Notes under the pieces: generated by a model | What the model was told of the DNA's origin: nothing | Database searches by the model: none | The model's input: the letters and a program-made list of their open reading frames with translations, nothing else | Assembly: GCF_000189295.2 (NCBI RefSeq) | Contig: NC_016803.1 | Coordinates: 2,700,001 to 2,732,000 of the forward strand | Length of the DNA stretch: 32,000 nt | Reading direction: 5' to 3' | Origin: Pseudodesulfovibrio mercurii | Lineage (GTDB): Bacteria > Desulfobacterota > Desulfovibrionia > Desulfovibrionales > Desulfovibrionaceae | Made by a program: the position numbers and the translations under genes | Shown here: one piece after another, positions 8,745 to 17,143 of the stretch | Position numbering within the stretch: position 1 is the stretch's first letter | How the letters are laid out: the number at the start of each line of letters is the position of its first letter

Positions 8745-9813
8745 GGGACCCTGCGTCCTGGTCACCGGCACGGGCGGCGGCGGCCTGGGGGAACAGCTGG
8801 TCAAGGCGTTGCGCCTGGCCGCGACCCCCTACCGCGTCGTGGCCGCCGACATCACCCCGCTGAGCACGGGGCTGGCGCGCGGCGACGAGCACGTCATCCT
8901 GCCCCCGGCCGGGGCGGACGACTACCTGGAGGCCTTGCTCGCGGCCTGCCGCCGGCACGGGGCCGAGGTGGTCCTGCCGGGCTCCGAGGCGGAGCTCAAG
9001 GTCCTGAGCGCGCGGCGCGCGGAGGTGGCGGCGGCCGGGCTCTTCCTGCCCGTCAACGCGAGCTCCGTGATCGAGCGGTGCATGGACAAGCTGGCCCTGT
9101 CCCGCGCCCTGGACGAGCTGGGCGTCAAGGGGCCGCGCTACGTGCGCGTGACCAGCCCGGACGACGTGCGCGACCTGCCGGTCTTTCCCATGGTCTTCAA
9201 GCCTTCCACGGGCACGGGCGGCTCGGCCGACACCTTCATCGTCCAGACCCCGGCGGAGGCGCGGACCATCGCCGAATACCTGTGCGCCATCCGGCCGGAG
9301 TTCATCGCCCAGGAGTACGTGGGCCGGTACGACCGGGAGTACACCGTGGGCGTGCTCTCGGACATGGACGGCAATTTTCTCAACTCCATCGCCCTGAGGC
9401 GCCACACCTGGACCTCGCTCGGCTGCCGCATGCGCGTGCCCAACCGCACGGGCCGGGCCGAGCTGGGCGAGACCCTGGTCATCAGCAGCGGCATCTCCCA
9501 GGGGGACATCGGGCCCTTCCCCGAGGTCTGCGGACCGTGCGAGAAGATCGCCGCCGCCCTGGGCTCCCGAGGGCCGTGCAACATCCAGCTCCGGCTGGTG
9601 GACGGCGAGATATATCTTTTCGAGATCAACCCCAGGTTCTCGGGGACCACGTCCCTGCGGGCCCTGGCGGGATTCAACGAACCGGACGTCCTGATCCGGA
9701 AACACGTCCTCGGCGAGGCCGTCGAGCCGCGCTTCCCCTACGAGAGCGGGGTGATCATGCGCAGGCTGGAAGAGAGCCTGGTAGCGCCGGGGCAAACGCA
9801 ACCCAAGGAGTGA
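8722..9813 (+). CDS. ATP-grasp domain protein
   Basis: GGAGG RBS; overlaps the previous gene by 23 nt. Has VLVTGTGGGG, VVLPGSEAELKVL, DKLALSRALDELGVKGP, PMVFKPSTGTGGS, and LFEINPRFSGTT (ATP-grasp C-terminal motif). Confidence 0.8.
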   Translation: MSSPSSPKGPCVLVTGTGGGGLGEQLVKALRLAATPYRVVAADITPLSTGLARGDEHVILPPAGADDYLEALLAACRRHGAEVVLPGSEAELKVLSARRAEVAAAGLFLPVNASSVIERCMDKLALSRALDELGVKGPRYVRVTSPDDVRDLPVFPMVFKPSTGTGGSADTFIVQTPAEARTIAEYLCAIRPEFIAQEYVGRYDREYTVGVLSDMDGNFLNSIALRRHTWTSLGCRMRVPNRTGRAELGETLVISSGISQGDIGPFPEVCGPCEKIAAALGSRGPCNIQLRLVDGEIYLFEINPRFSGTTSLRALAGFNEPDVLIRKHVLGEAVEPRFPYESGVIMRRLEESLVAPGQTQPKE

Positions 9814-9817
9814 GGCA

Positions 9818-11131
9818 ATGATCCCCAAGTATGCGCAACCCGGTGAATGGCTGACCGACGGCGGATTGACCGACCAGGGCAGGCAGGCCCGCCGGACCTA
9901 CGCCAAATTCGTGGACGGGCTGATGGACCTCCCGGTGTCCACCTACCGGGTGAGCCGGGTCCTGCACCTGCTCCAGTCCAACTACTACGACACCTCGGCC
10001 GACGGGTTCGCCCTGCCGCCGCACACCATCAATTTCTGCGTCAACAACGTGTGCAACTTCAAGTGCTCCTACTGCGACCTGAACCACGGCCGCCAGGAGT
10101 GGGACCACCTGAACACCAAGATGAAGCACAACGTCATCGACCCCAAGGTGCGCCACGAGCTGCCGCTCGACCTGTGCAAGCGGATCATCGACGAGGTGGC
10201 CTGGTTCCGGCCGACCATCCGCATCCCGTGGATGGAGCCGCTGCTCTACCGGGACCTGATCCCGTTCATCGAGTACACCAAGAGCAAGGACCTGCAGTTC
10301 TCCATGCTGACCAACGGGCTGCTCCTGCCCAAGTACGCCCGGCAACTGGTGGACGCGGGCGTCGACGCCCTGCGCGTCTCCCTGGACGGGCCCGAGGCGG
10401 TCCACGAGGGGCTGTGCGGGGTCAAGGGGGCCTACGCCAAGATCATCGAGGGGCTCGGGATCCTGGTGGAGGAGCGCAAGAAGCGCGGAATCGACCTCCA
10501 GATCGGCTGCTACTTCACGGTCAACGACAAGAACTGCGACCAGCTGGTGCCCATGCTCGAATCCCTGGACGAGGCCGGGCTGCTCGAAGAGATGTTCGTC
10601 GGCTTCTTCATGTTCAACTACATCTCCAAGAACATGGTCGAGGCCCACAACACCCACCACGCGGCCGTCTGCGGGGCCACGGTGGAGGAGACCAGCGCCC
10701 AGTACATCGACATCTCCAAGATCGACGTGGACAGCCTGCTCAGGCAGCGCCGGGAGATCGAGGAGCGCTTCGCCCACCGCACGCGCATCCACTTCCGTCC
10801 GGACTTCACCGAGTCCAACCTGCGCTTCTGCGTGTCCGACGCGGCGGGCGAGTTCCCGGGCAGCCGGTGCGAGACCCAGTGGCACACCCTGTTCATCAAT
10901 CCGGACGGCGAGATCAAGTCCCTGCCCCAGTGCATCCTCGACCCGGTGGGCAACGTCCACGAGAACACCTTCCTGGACATCTGGAACGGGGAGAAGATGC
11001 GCGAACAGCGCAAGCTCCTGCGCCAGTACGGGGCCTACTACGGGTGCATGCGCTGCTGGTCCATCTACAACAACATCGAGGACCTGCAGGGCAGCTGGAA
11101 GAGCTTCCCGGCCACCGGGACCGAGGACTAG
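9818..11131 (+). CDS. radical SAM protein with SPASM/twitch-like C-terminal domain
   Basis: VCNFKCSYCD is the CxxxCxxC motif. The Cys-rich C-terminus (CETQWHTLFINPDGEIKSLPQC...YYGCMRCWS) fits an auxiliary cluster domain. RBS AAGGAG; starts 4 nt after the previous stop. Confidence 0.85.
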   Translation: MIPKYAQPGEWLTDGGLTDQGRQARRTYAKFVDGLMDLPVSTYRVSRVLHLLQSNYYDTSADGFALPPHTINFCVNNVCNFKCSYCDLNHGRQEWDHLNTKMKHNVIDPKVRHELPLDLCKRIIDEVAWFRPTIRIPWMEPLLYRDLIPFIEYTKSKDLQFSMLTNGLLLPKYARQLVDAGVDALRVSLDGPEAVHEGLCGVKGAYAKIIEGLGILVEERKKRGIDLQIGCYFTVNDKNCDQLVPMLESLDEAGLLEEMFVGFFMFNYISKNMVEAHNTHHAAVCGATVEETSAQYIDISKIDVDSLLRQRREIEERFAHRTRIHFRPDFTESNLRFCVSDAAGEFPGSRCETQWHTLFINPDGEIKSLPQCILDPVGNVHENTFLDIWNGEKMREQRKLLRQYGAYYGCMRCWSIYNNIEDLQGSWKSFPATGTED

Positions 11132-11133
11132 CC

Positions 11134-12297
11134 ATGACCGGATCGACCACCGCCTGCCCGGTCTGCGGCTCCGACCGCTTCGAGACCCTGTTCCCGGACT
11201 ACCAAGGCCGGTGCGTGACCTCGCAGATGTTCTTCATCGACGGCCTGGGGCTGGAGAACCGCTGCTGCACGGACTGCGGATTCCTGTACAACGCGGCCGG
11301 GACCCGAGGCCTGGGCGCGGCGGTCTACAACACCGAGGTGTGGAAACCAAAGCCGCAGATCATGAACTATTCCAAGGGAGTGAAGACGTCGCACCAGAAG
11401 GCGTGGGAGACCTTCCTGTCCCTGGCCGATCTGCCGGAGTCCGGGGCCGTCCTGGACGTGGGCGGGGGCACCGGGGCCTTCCTCGAATGTGTCCACCGCG
11501 ACCGGCCCGGCTGGGAGCTGCACGCCATCGAGCCAGGGGGCGGGTTCGCCGAGCTGTGCGGCCGCGTGCCGCTGGCCTCGGCCCACAACGCGGCCTACGA
11601 CACCCTGGACCTGGACCGGACCTTCGATTGCGTGGTCTCCCTGTCCGTGCTCGAACACCTCGAAAATCCGCTGCACGCCCTGCGCTGGATGCACGCGCGC
11701 CTCAGGCCGGGCGGGCTGCTTCTTTTGCAGTTGCCCGACTTCGACAAGCTGCCCGGCGACCTGGTCTGCGCGGACCACATCAACAAGATGACCGTGCCGT
11801 ACACCCGCATGCTCGCCCGGTACGCCGGGTTCGAGGAGACGGGGGCGGACACGGGCATGGTCATGTTCTACCTGGTCCTGCGCAAGGGGGAACCGGCCGG
11901 GGGGCCCGTTCCCTCCCGGTTCGCCGACAACCTGGCCATCGCGCGCCGGGCCGAGTCCGTGGCCCGGGCGACCATCGAGGCCGTGCGCGCGGCCGTGGAC
12001 GCGGCGGAGAGCCGGGGCGGCCGGGCGGCGGTCTTCGGGACCTCGCCCATCGGCTCCATGGCCCACCTGCTGCTCGGCTGCCGCGACCGGGTGGCCTGCT
12101 TTGTGGACGAGAACAAAAACGCCTGGGGCCGCGACATCGACGGGCTGCCCGTGGTCGGGCCGGAGCGCATGGCGGAGCTGGGCGTGACCGATCTGGCCCT
12201 GGGCATCAGCCCGGTCTACTGGGAGACCGTGGCCGGCAAGATGCGCCCCCTGGGCGTGACCGTGCACGTCCCCCAACCCGACCAGCCCGAGGCATGA
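11134..12297 (+). CDS. class I SAM-dependent methyltransferase with N-terminal zinc ribbon and C-terminal Rossmann-like module (sugar C-methyltransferase-like layout)
   Basis: Real part of track ORF 9847..12297, starting at ATG 11134, 2 nt after the previous stop. Has CPVCGS...CTDCG, LDVGGGTGAFLE (motif I), FDCVVSLSVLEHLENP and LRPGGLLLLQLPD. The C-terminus reads AAVFGTSPIGS...CFVDENKNAWGRDIDGLPVVGP. Confidence 0.8.
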   Translation: MTGSTTACPVCGSDRFETLFPDYQGRCVTSQMFFIDGLGLENRCCTDCGFLYNAAGTRGLGAAVYNTEVWKPKPQIMNYSKGVKTSHQKAWETFLSLADLPESGAVLDVGGGTGAFLECVHRDRPGWELHAIEPGGGFAELCGRVPLASAHNAAYDTLDLDRTFDCVVSLSVLEHLENPLHALRWMHARLRPGGLLLLQLPDFDKLPGDLVCADHINKMTVPYTRMLARYAGFEETGADTGMVMFYLVLRKGEPAGGPVPSRFADNLAIARRAESVARATIEAVRAAVDAAESRGGRAAVFGTSPIGSMAHLLLGCRDRVACFVDENKNAWGRDIDGLPVVGPERMAELGVTDLALGISPVYWETVAGKMRPLGVTVHVPQPDQPEA

Positions 12298-13358
12298 CAA
12301 TGACCGCCGACACCCTCGACATCCTCTTCGTGCACGTCGACCCGTGCATCCGGGCCGAGAAGGAGGCCTTCGCCCTGGCCAATCGCGGCCACCGCGTGCA
12401 CCTGCTCTGCCAGGGCCTCAACTTCCAGCCGAACATGCGCGACATCTGCGCCTCGGTGACGCACTACGCCGACCTGGCCGAGCTGGGCGCGCGCATCCGG
12501 GCGCGGGACGACTTCGACGTGGTCCACTGCCACAACGAGCCCAACGAGCCCACCGTGGCCGCCCTGGACAACACGGACCGGCCCGTGGTCTACGACTGCC
12601 ACGACTTCCGGGGGCTGCGCCAGGCTCTGGCCGGGGCCGAGGCCGAGACCGAGCGGCGCTGCTTCGAGGACACGGCCGCCGTGGTCCACGTCAGCCAGGG
12701 CATGGCCGAGGTGGCCGCCGGACGGTACGACTCGAACAGGGTCCTGGTCCTGCCGAGCTATCCCATGCTCACGGCCGCGCCCGCCGAACACCTGCCCAAG
12801 CTCGACGGCAACCACGTGGTCTACCTGGGCGGGCTGCGCGACCGGGGCTCGATCCACTACGAATACCGCAACTATCTGCCGTTCTTCGAGAAGCTCACTG
12901 CGGCCGGGGTCCACGTCCACGCCTACCCGGCGGACTTCAACCCCAGGAACCTGGCCACCTACCTGGCCCTGGACAAGGAAAACGCGTTTTTCCATCTGCA
13001 CCCGAAGCTGCCCTACGGGGAGCTGCTGCGCGAGATCAGCCGCTACCAGTGGGGGCTGTCCGGCTTCAACTTCATGGACATCACCGATCCGAACACTCTG
13101 CTTTTCCTGAACAACGCCCTGCCCAACAAGCTCTTCGACTACCTCCTGGGCGGGGTCTGCCCGGTGGTGGTCAACTGCGAGACCTCCGGGCGCTGGGCCG
13201 TGGAGCACGGCCTGGGCTACCACGCGGCCGACGCGGACCAGGTGGTGGACATCGTCCTCCACGAGACGCCCCGGCCCCCCCTGACCGACTTCGGCCGGGT
13301 GGACATGCTCGAACAGATCGGCAGGCTGGAAGGATTGTACCGGGAACTGCTGGCCTGA
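12294..13358 (+). CDS. glycosyltransferase-like protein (GT-B fold, distant)
   Basis: Real part of track ORF 11211..13358. ATG 12294 overlaps the previous TGA (ATGA). Has VVHCHNEP, VVHVSQGMAE, HVVYLGGL and LPNKLFDYLLGGVCPVVV. Confidence 0.6.
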   Translation: MTMTADTLDILFVHVDPCIRAEKEAFALANRGHRVHLLCQGLNFQPNMRDICASVTHYADLAELGARIRARDDFDVVHCHNEPNEPTVAALDNTDRPVVYDCHDFRGLRQALAGAEAETERRCFEDTAAVVHVSQGMAEVAAGRYDSNRVLVLPSYPMLTAAPAEHLPKLDGNHVVYLGGLRDRGSIHYEYRNYLPFFEKLTAAGVHVHAYPADFNPRNLATYLALDKENAFFHLHPKLPYGELLREISRYQWGLSGFNFMDITDPNTLLFLNNALPNKLFDYLLGGVCPVVVNCETSGRWAVEHGLGYHAADADQVVDIVLHETPRPPLTDFGRVDMLEQIGRLEGLYRELLA

Positions 13359-13373
13359 CGCGCGGTCGGCTCA

Positions 13374-13397
13374 GTCCAAGGCGCGGTCCAAGGCGCG
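13374..13397. repeat. tandem 12-mer duplication (GTCCAAGGCGCG x2)
   Basis: Read directly: gtccaaggcgcg gtccaaggcgcg, in the 40-bp spacer between the convergent glycosyltransferase genes. It abuts the stop codon at 13399-13401. Confidence 0.9.
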
Positions 13398-13398
13398 G

Positions 13399-14550
13399 TC
13401 AGGACGCCCGGTTAGCGGCCCGCTTGAGGACCGCGAGGACGCGCCGGGCGTGCTCGTCCGGGTCGAAGTGGGCGGCGGCGAAGCGGTGGGCGTTCGCGCC
13501 CATGCGCGCGAGCCGGTCCCGGTCGGCCAGGCCGACCATGGCCGTTGCCAGCGCCTCGGCGTCGCCCGGCGGGACCAGCTCCCCGGTCTCGCCCGGCCGG
13601 ATGAAGACCTCGCTCGTCCCGGCGGCCAGCACGGGCCGCCCCTGGCTCATGGCCTCGATGACGTCCCTGCCCCACGGGTGGCCGGTCAGGTCCGGCCGGA
13701 GCACCAGGTGCACGGCGCGCATCTCCGCCTCCGGGTCCACGGCGAACCCCTGAAAACTGACCACGTCCTCCAGTCCCGCGTCCGCGATCATCCGTTCCAG
13801 GGAGCGGTACAGCCCGTCGTGGATGCCGATGCGTCCGCCGAACAGGCGCACGCGCACACCGGCCCGGCGCAGCTCGCGCGCGGCCAGGCCGCAGGCCTCG
13901 ATGCACAGGCGGTGCCCCTTGGTGGGCGAGACGTGGGAGAACATGCCGTAGACCAGCCCGCCGTCTTCGCCGCCCGCATCCGGCATGGGCGCGGGCGCGT
14001 CCGGCACCGGGGCCGGGTTGAAGACCAGGGTCGCGTCCAGGCCGAAGACCCGGCGCGCCTGTTCGGCCTCGGCCGGGCTGATGGCCACCAGCTCGCGCAC
14101 CCTGGCGCGGACCAGGGGCCGGGTCAGGGGGAGCAGGGGGTTGTTTTCCAGGAGCATCTCGCGGCAGTGCAGCACGGCGGGCGGGCCCGCCAGGGGCAGG
14201 GCGGCCAGCAGGGTGGTGTAGCTGTTGTAGTGGATCACGTCCGGGGCGAACTCGCGGACCAGCCGCCGGATGCGCCGGAACTCGCCGGGCCGGGACACGG
14301 CGCGGCCCACGTTCTTCCAGAAGGGGATGGGGCAGGCCGCCAGGGACATGGGATAGTAGGGGATGCGCACGAAGTCCACGGCCACGCCCGTCTCGTTCAG
14401 CTCGGCCACGCGCCTGCCCGTGCGCGCGGGCGCGGAAATGCTGATGACGCGGACCTCGTGGCCCAGCCGGGCCAGGCCCTGCGCCAGGAAGAACAGGCTC
14501 TTGGCCGCGCCGCCGCTGTCTATGTCGTTGGTGACGGACAGTATCCTCAT
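13399..14550 (-). CDS. glycosyltransferase family 4 (GT-B)
   Basis: MRILSVTNDIDSGGAAKSLFFLAQGLARLGHEV and the C-terminal VIEAMSQGRPVLAAGTSEVFIRPGETGELVPPGD (GT4-type motif). Confidence 0.85.
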   Translation of the reverse strand: MRILSVTNDIDSGGAAKSLFFLAQGLARLGHEVRVISISAPARTGRRVAELNETGVAVDFVRIPYYPMSLAACPIPFWKNVGRAVSRPGEFRRIRRLVREFAPDVIHYNSYTTLLAALPLAGPPAVLHCREMLLENNPLLPLTRPLVRARVRELVAISPAEAEQARRVFGLDATLVFNPAPVPDAPAPMPDAGGEDGGLVYGMFSHVSPTKGHRLCIEACGLAARELRRAGVRVRLFGGRIGIHDGLYRSLERMIADAGLEDVVSFQGFAVDPEAEMRAVHLVLRPDLTGHPWGRDVIEAMSQGRPVLAAGTSEVFIRPGETGELVPPGDAEALATAMVGLADRDRLARMGANAHRFAAAHFDPDEHARRVLAVLKRAANRAS

Positions 14551-14805
14551 CGATGCCCCGTTGCGCTGTGCATGGTCCTGTCCCTATAACCCATGGATTT
14601 CGAGAGCAAAACACATTTTTTCGTGGTTTCCGGGCCGCAAACCCCCGCCCGGCGCGGTCCGGCCGCCCGCACGCCCCGCCCGGGGCCGGAACCCGGCCGA
14701 TATGTGTGGACCTTCACCGCAAAACATACTACGAAATATTCTCAGTCCGTGCGCGGACACTTCACCCGAAACACCAAACCGAAGCAGGGGAGCTCGAAAA
14801 ACCGG

Positions 14806-15936
14806 ATGGTTGAACTCGTTCGCGCGGCCAAGGCCGCGACCATGATACCCGGCGCGCCCGTCATCGACGACGCGGCCATCCTCGTCGATCAGGGGATCAT
14901 CAAGGAAGTCGGCACCTTCGCCACCCTTGGCAGAACCCATTCCGGCGACGTTCTCGACCTCGGGGACGTGTTCCTCTGCCCCGGCCTGATCAACGCCCAT
15001 TCCCACCTGGAACTGGCCCACCTGCGCGGCAAATGCCCCGCGAACCAGGGGTTCGTCACCTGGGTGGAGGCCCTGCTCAAGCAGCCCATCTTCGATCTCG
15101 AACCGGACGCCCTGGACCGGGCCGTGGAGGAGCTCAAGCGAACCGGCACCATCATGGTCGGGGACATCGCCACCCGTTTCGCCAAGGAGATGGCCGGAAT
15201 GCTCGAAGCATCCGGCCTTTTTTTCGCGGTCTTCTGCGAGGCCATCGGCGAGACCGTGCCCAAGCGGACCTTCATCCCGTCCGGCGAGTTCGGCGCGGGC
15301 TTCATCTCCGTGGCCGGGCATGCCCTGTACACCACCCACCGGGACGTGCTCCGGGCCGCCAAGGCCGAGACCCGCGCCAAGGGGCTGCCCTTCTCCCTGC
15401 ACCTGGCCGAGCACGACGACGAGGTGGCCATCATGGCGGGCGAGCCCAGCCCGTTTCTGGACCTGCTCCAGGCGCGCGGGCGGCTGCTCGACTTCGAGCC
15501 CCCGAAAAAACGCCCGGTGCAGCAGGCCGCCGATCTCGGCCTGCTCGACGAGACCACCCTGGCCGTGCACTGCGTCAAGGTCACGAGTGATGACATCGCC
15601 ACGGTGCGCGCCTTCGGGGCCACGGTCTGCCTGTGTCCGCGCTCCAACGAGTTCATCGGCGTGGGCCGCGCCCCGTGGGAGAAATGGTTCGCCTCGGGCA
15701 CGCCGCTGTGCCTGGGCACGGACTCCCTGGCCTCGAACACCGACCTCGACCTGTGGAACGAGGCCCGGTACCTCAAGGAACATTTCAACGGCGGGCTGTC
15801 GCTTGACGACGTGCTCGCCATGGTGACCCGCAACCCGGCGCGCATCCTGGGCGCGGGCAACACCCTCGGCACGCTGGAACCGGGCAAGGTCGCATCCTTC
15901 GCCCTGGTCCCCGAGTCCCTACACGCGCTATTCTAG
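14806..15936 (+). CDS. amidohydrolase-superfamily metal-dependent hydrolase/deaminase
   Basis: [11 protein letters not shown] (HxH), [24 protein letters not shown] chose ATG 14806 within track ORF 14593..15936 because the upstream 71 aa are low-complexity. ATG 14842 is an alternative start. Confidence 0.75.
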   Translation: MVELVRAAKAATMIPGAPVIDDAAILVDQGIIKEVGTFATLGRTHSGDVLDLGDVFLCPGLINAHSHLELAHLRGKCPANQGFVTWVEALLKQPIFDLEPDALDRAVEELKRTGTIMVGDIATRFAKEMAGMLEASGLFFAVFCEAIGETVPKRTFIPSGEFGAGFISVAGHALYTTHRDVLRAAKAETRAKGLPFSLHLAEHDDEVAIMAGEPSPFLDLLQARGRLLDFEPPKKRPVQQAADLGLLDETTLAVHCVKVTSDDIATVRAFGATVCLCPRSNEFIGVGRAPWEKWFASGTPLCLGTDSLASNTDLDLWNEARYLKEHFNGGLSLDDVLAMVTRNPARILGAGNTLGTLEPGKVASFALVPESLHALF

Positions 15937-15958
15937 GATGCCGGAGGCAGAAACGACT

Positions 15959-16888
15959 ATGAAATGGTTACACAAGGACCTGCTGGACGTGTCCCAGCTC
16001 TCCCAGCCGGAGGTCATGGCGATCTTCGAGACGGCGGGGCGGTTCCAGGAGTTGCAGGAACGGCCGGTCAAGAAGGTGCCGACCCTGAAAGGGCGCAGCG
16101 TGGTGCTCTTCTTCGCCGAGCCGAGCACGCGCACCAAGACCAGCTTCGACGTGGCCGGGAAACGGCTGTCCGCCGACACCTTCTCCCTGGCCAAGAGTTC
16201 AAGCAGCCTGACCAAGGGCGAATCCCTCAAGGACACCGCCCTGACCCTCCAGGCCATGGCCCCGGACGCCATCGTCATCCGGCACTGGTGCTCGGGCGCG
16301 GCCCGGTTCCTGGCCGACCGGCTGGACTGCTCGGTCATCAACGCGGGCGACGGGCGGCACGCGCACCCCACCCAGGCGTTGCTCGACTCCTTCACCCTGT
16401 ACCAGGAGTGGGGCGGCGTGGCCGGCAAGACCATCCTCATCCTCGGGGACATCGCCCACAGCCGCGTGGCCCGGTCCAACGTCATCCTGCTGACCATGCT
16501 CGGGGCCAAGGTCCGGCTGTGCGGGCCGCGCACCCTGCTGCCCCCGGCCCTCAAGACCTGGCCGGTCACGGTCTTCTCCGACCTGAACGAGGCGGTCAAA
16601 GGCGTGGACGCGGTCATGTGCCTGCGCCTCCAGCTGGAACGCCAGAAGGACGGGCTGCTGCCCGACCTGCGCGAATACTCCCGGACCTTCGGCATGGGCA
16701 TGAAACAGGTGGAGCTGGCCAACCCGGACGTGCGCATCCTCCACCCCGGCCCGCTCAACCGGGGCGTGGAGATCAACTCCGAACTGGCCGACTCGGCTGG
16801 CTCCCTCATCCTCGACCAGGTCGCCAGCGGCGTGGTCGTGCGCATGGCCCTGCTGTTCCTGTACATGACCAGGAAGGGAGAGGAGTAG
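15959..16888 (+). CDS. pyrB: aspartate carbamoyltransferase catalytic subunit
   Basis: [38 protein letters not shown] lies 12 nt upstream of ATG 15959. Confidence 0.9.
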   Translation: MKWLHKDLLDVSQLSQPEVMAIFETAGRFQELQERPVKKVPTLKGRSVVLFFAEPSTRTKTSFDVAGKRLSADTFSLAKSSSSLTKGESLKDTALTLQAMAPDAIVIRHWCSGAARFLADRLDCSVINAGDGRHAHPTQALLDSFTLYQEWGGVAGKTILILGDIAHSRVARSNVILLTMLGAKVRLCGPRTLLPPALKTWPVTVFSDLNEAVKGVDAVMCLRLQLERQKDGLLPDLREYSRTFGMGMKQVELANPDVRILHPGPLNRGVEINSELADSAGSLILDQVASGVVVRMALLFLYMTRKGEE

Positions 16889-16930
16889 GGAAGGCGGGAA
16901 GGAAGCCGCCTGCGGCGGCGATGTCGGATG

Positions 16931-17000
16931 ACTTCGCCTCCGGCGGGCAAAGGGCGAGCCCTTTGCAAACCCGTTGTCGCCTTCGGCGAAGTGTTTTTTT
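16931..17000 (+). terminator. long compound hairpin followed by a T7 run (terminator/attenuator-like) downstream of pyrB
   Basis: ACTTCGCC (16931-38) pairs with GGCGAAGT (16985-92). An inner hairpin is GCAAAGGG-cgag-CCCTTTGC (16948-67). TTTTTTT follows at 16994-17000. Confidence 0.5.
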
Positions 17001-17062
17001 CGGAAGCCACCCCCTCGCGGACGACACCCCCCGCGAAGCGGCACTAAAAAGTTTTGGAGATT

Positions 17063-17092
17063 CTTAAGAACCTTTTTCAAAAGGTTCTTAAG
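17063..17092. repeat. perfect 14-bp inverted repeat (CTTAAGAACCTTTT-tc-AAAAGGTTCTTAAG)
   Basis: Read directly. The arms are exact reverse complements. It lies 52 nt upstream of the pyrC ATG, inside a REP-like palindromic spacer. Confidence 0.9.
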
Positions 17093-17143
17093 CCCCCGGA
17101 GGGGCCCCCGGCAGGGGTGCCGGAGGCATACAGGAGGCATATC

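Noticed and set aside
7143-8804. 553-aa minus-strand ORF, plus 7565..8725 (plus strand)
   Set aside because: These are shadow ORFs over the orphan gene and the metallophosphoesterase. The plus frames carrying GDAIGYGP, GNHE and GHTH are clearly the real ones.
8722-11131. RiPP (ribosomal peptide) interpretation of the ATP-grasp and radical SAM/SPASM pair
   Set aside because: No small precursor-peptide ORF with an RBS, and no protease or exporter, is nearby. Both genes are translationally embedded among nucleotide-sugar enzymes and glycosyltransferases. The idea is kept only as a remote alternative.
9847-12293. Out-of-frame extensions that create the 816-aa (9847..12297) and 715-aa (11211..13358) ORFs
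   Set aside because: The N-terminal parts overlap the radical SAM and methyltransferase genes in another frame and are Arg/Pro/Gly-rich. Genuine starts with coupling signals lie at 11134 and 12294.
14551-14600. GG-N10-GC match (GGGACAGGACCATGCAC, minus strand) upstream of the GT4 gene
   Set aside because: Both the -24 and -12 elements are poor, and it would leave only a ~9-nt leader with no room for an RBS.
13412-14614. ORFs 13412..14614 (minus strand) and 13450..14589 (plus strand) over the GT4 gene
   Set aside because: They are alternative-frame or antisense shadows. Only 13399..14550 has GT4 motifs.
14593-14805. N-terminal 71 codons of the amidohydrolase ORF
   Set aside because: The translation is low-complexity (PQTPARRGPAARTPRPGPEPG) and covers what should be the divergent promoter region. 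An internal ATG at 14806 gives a normal-length protein.
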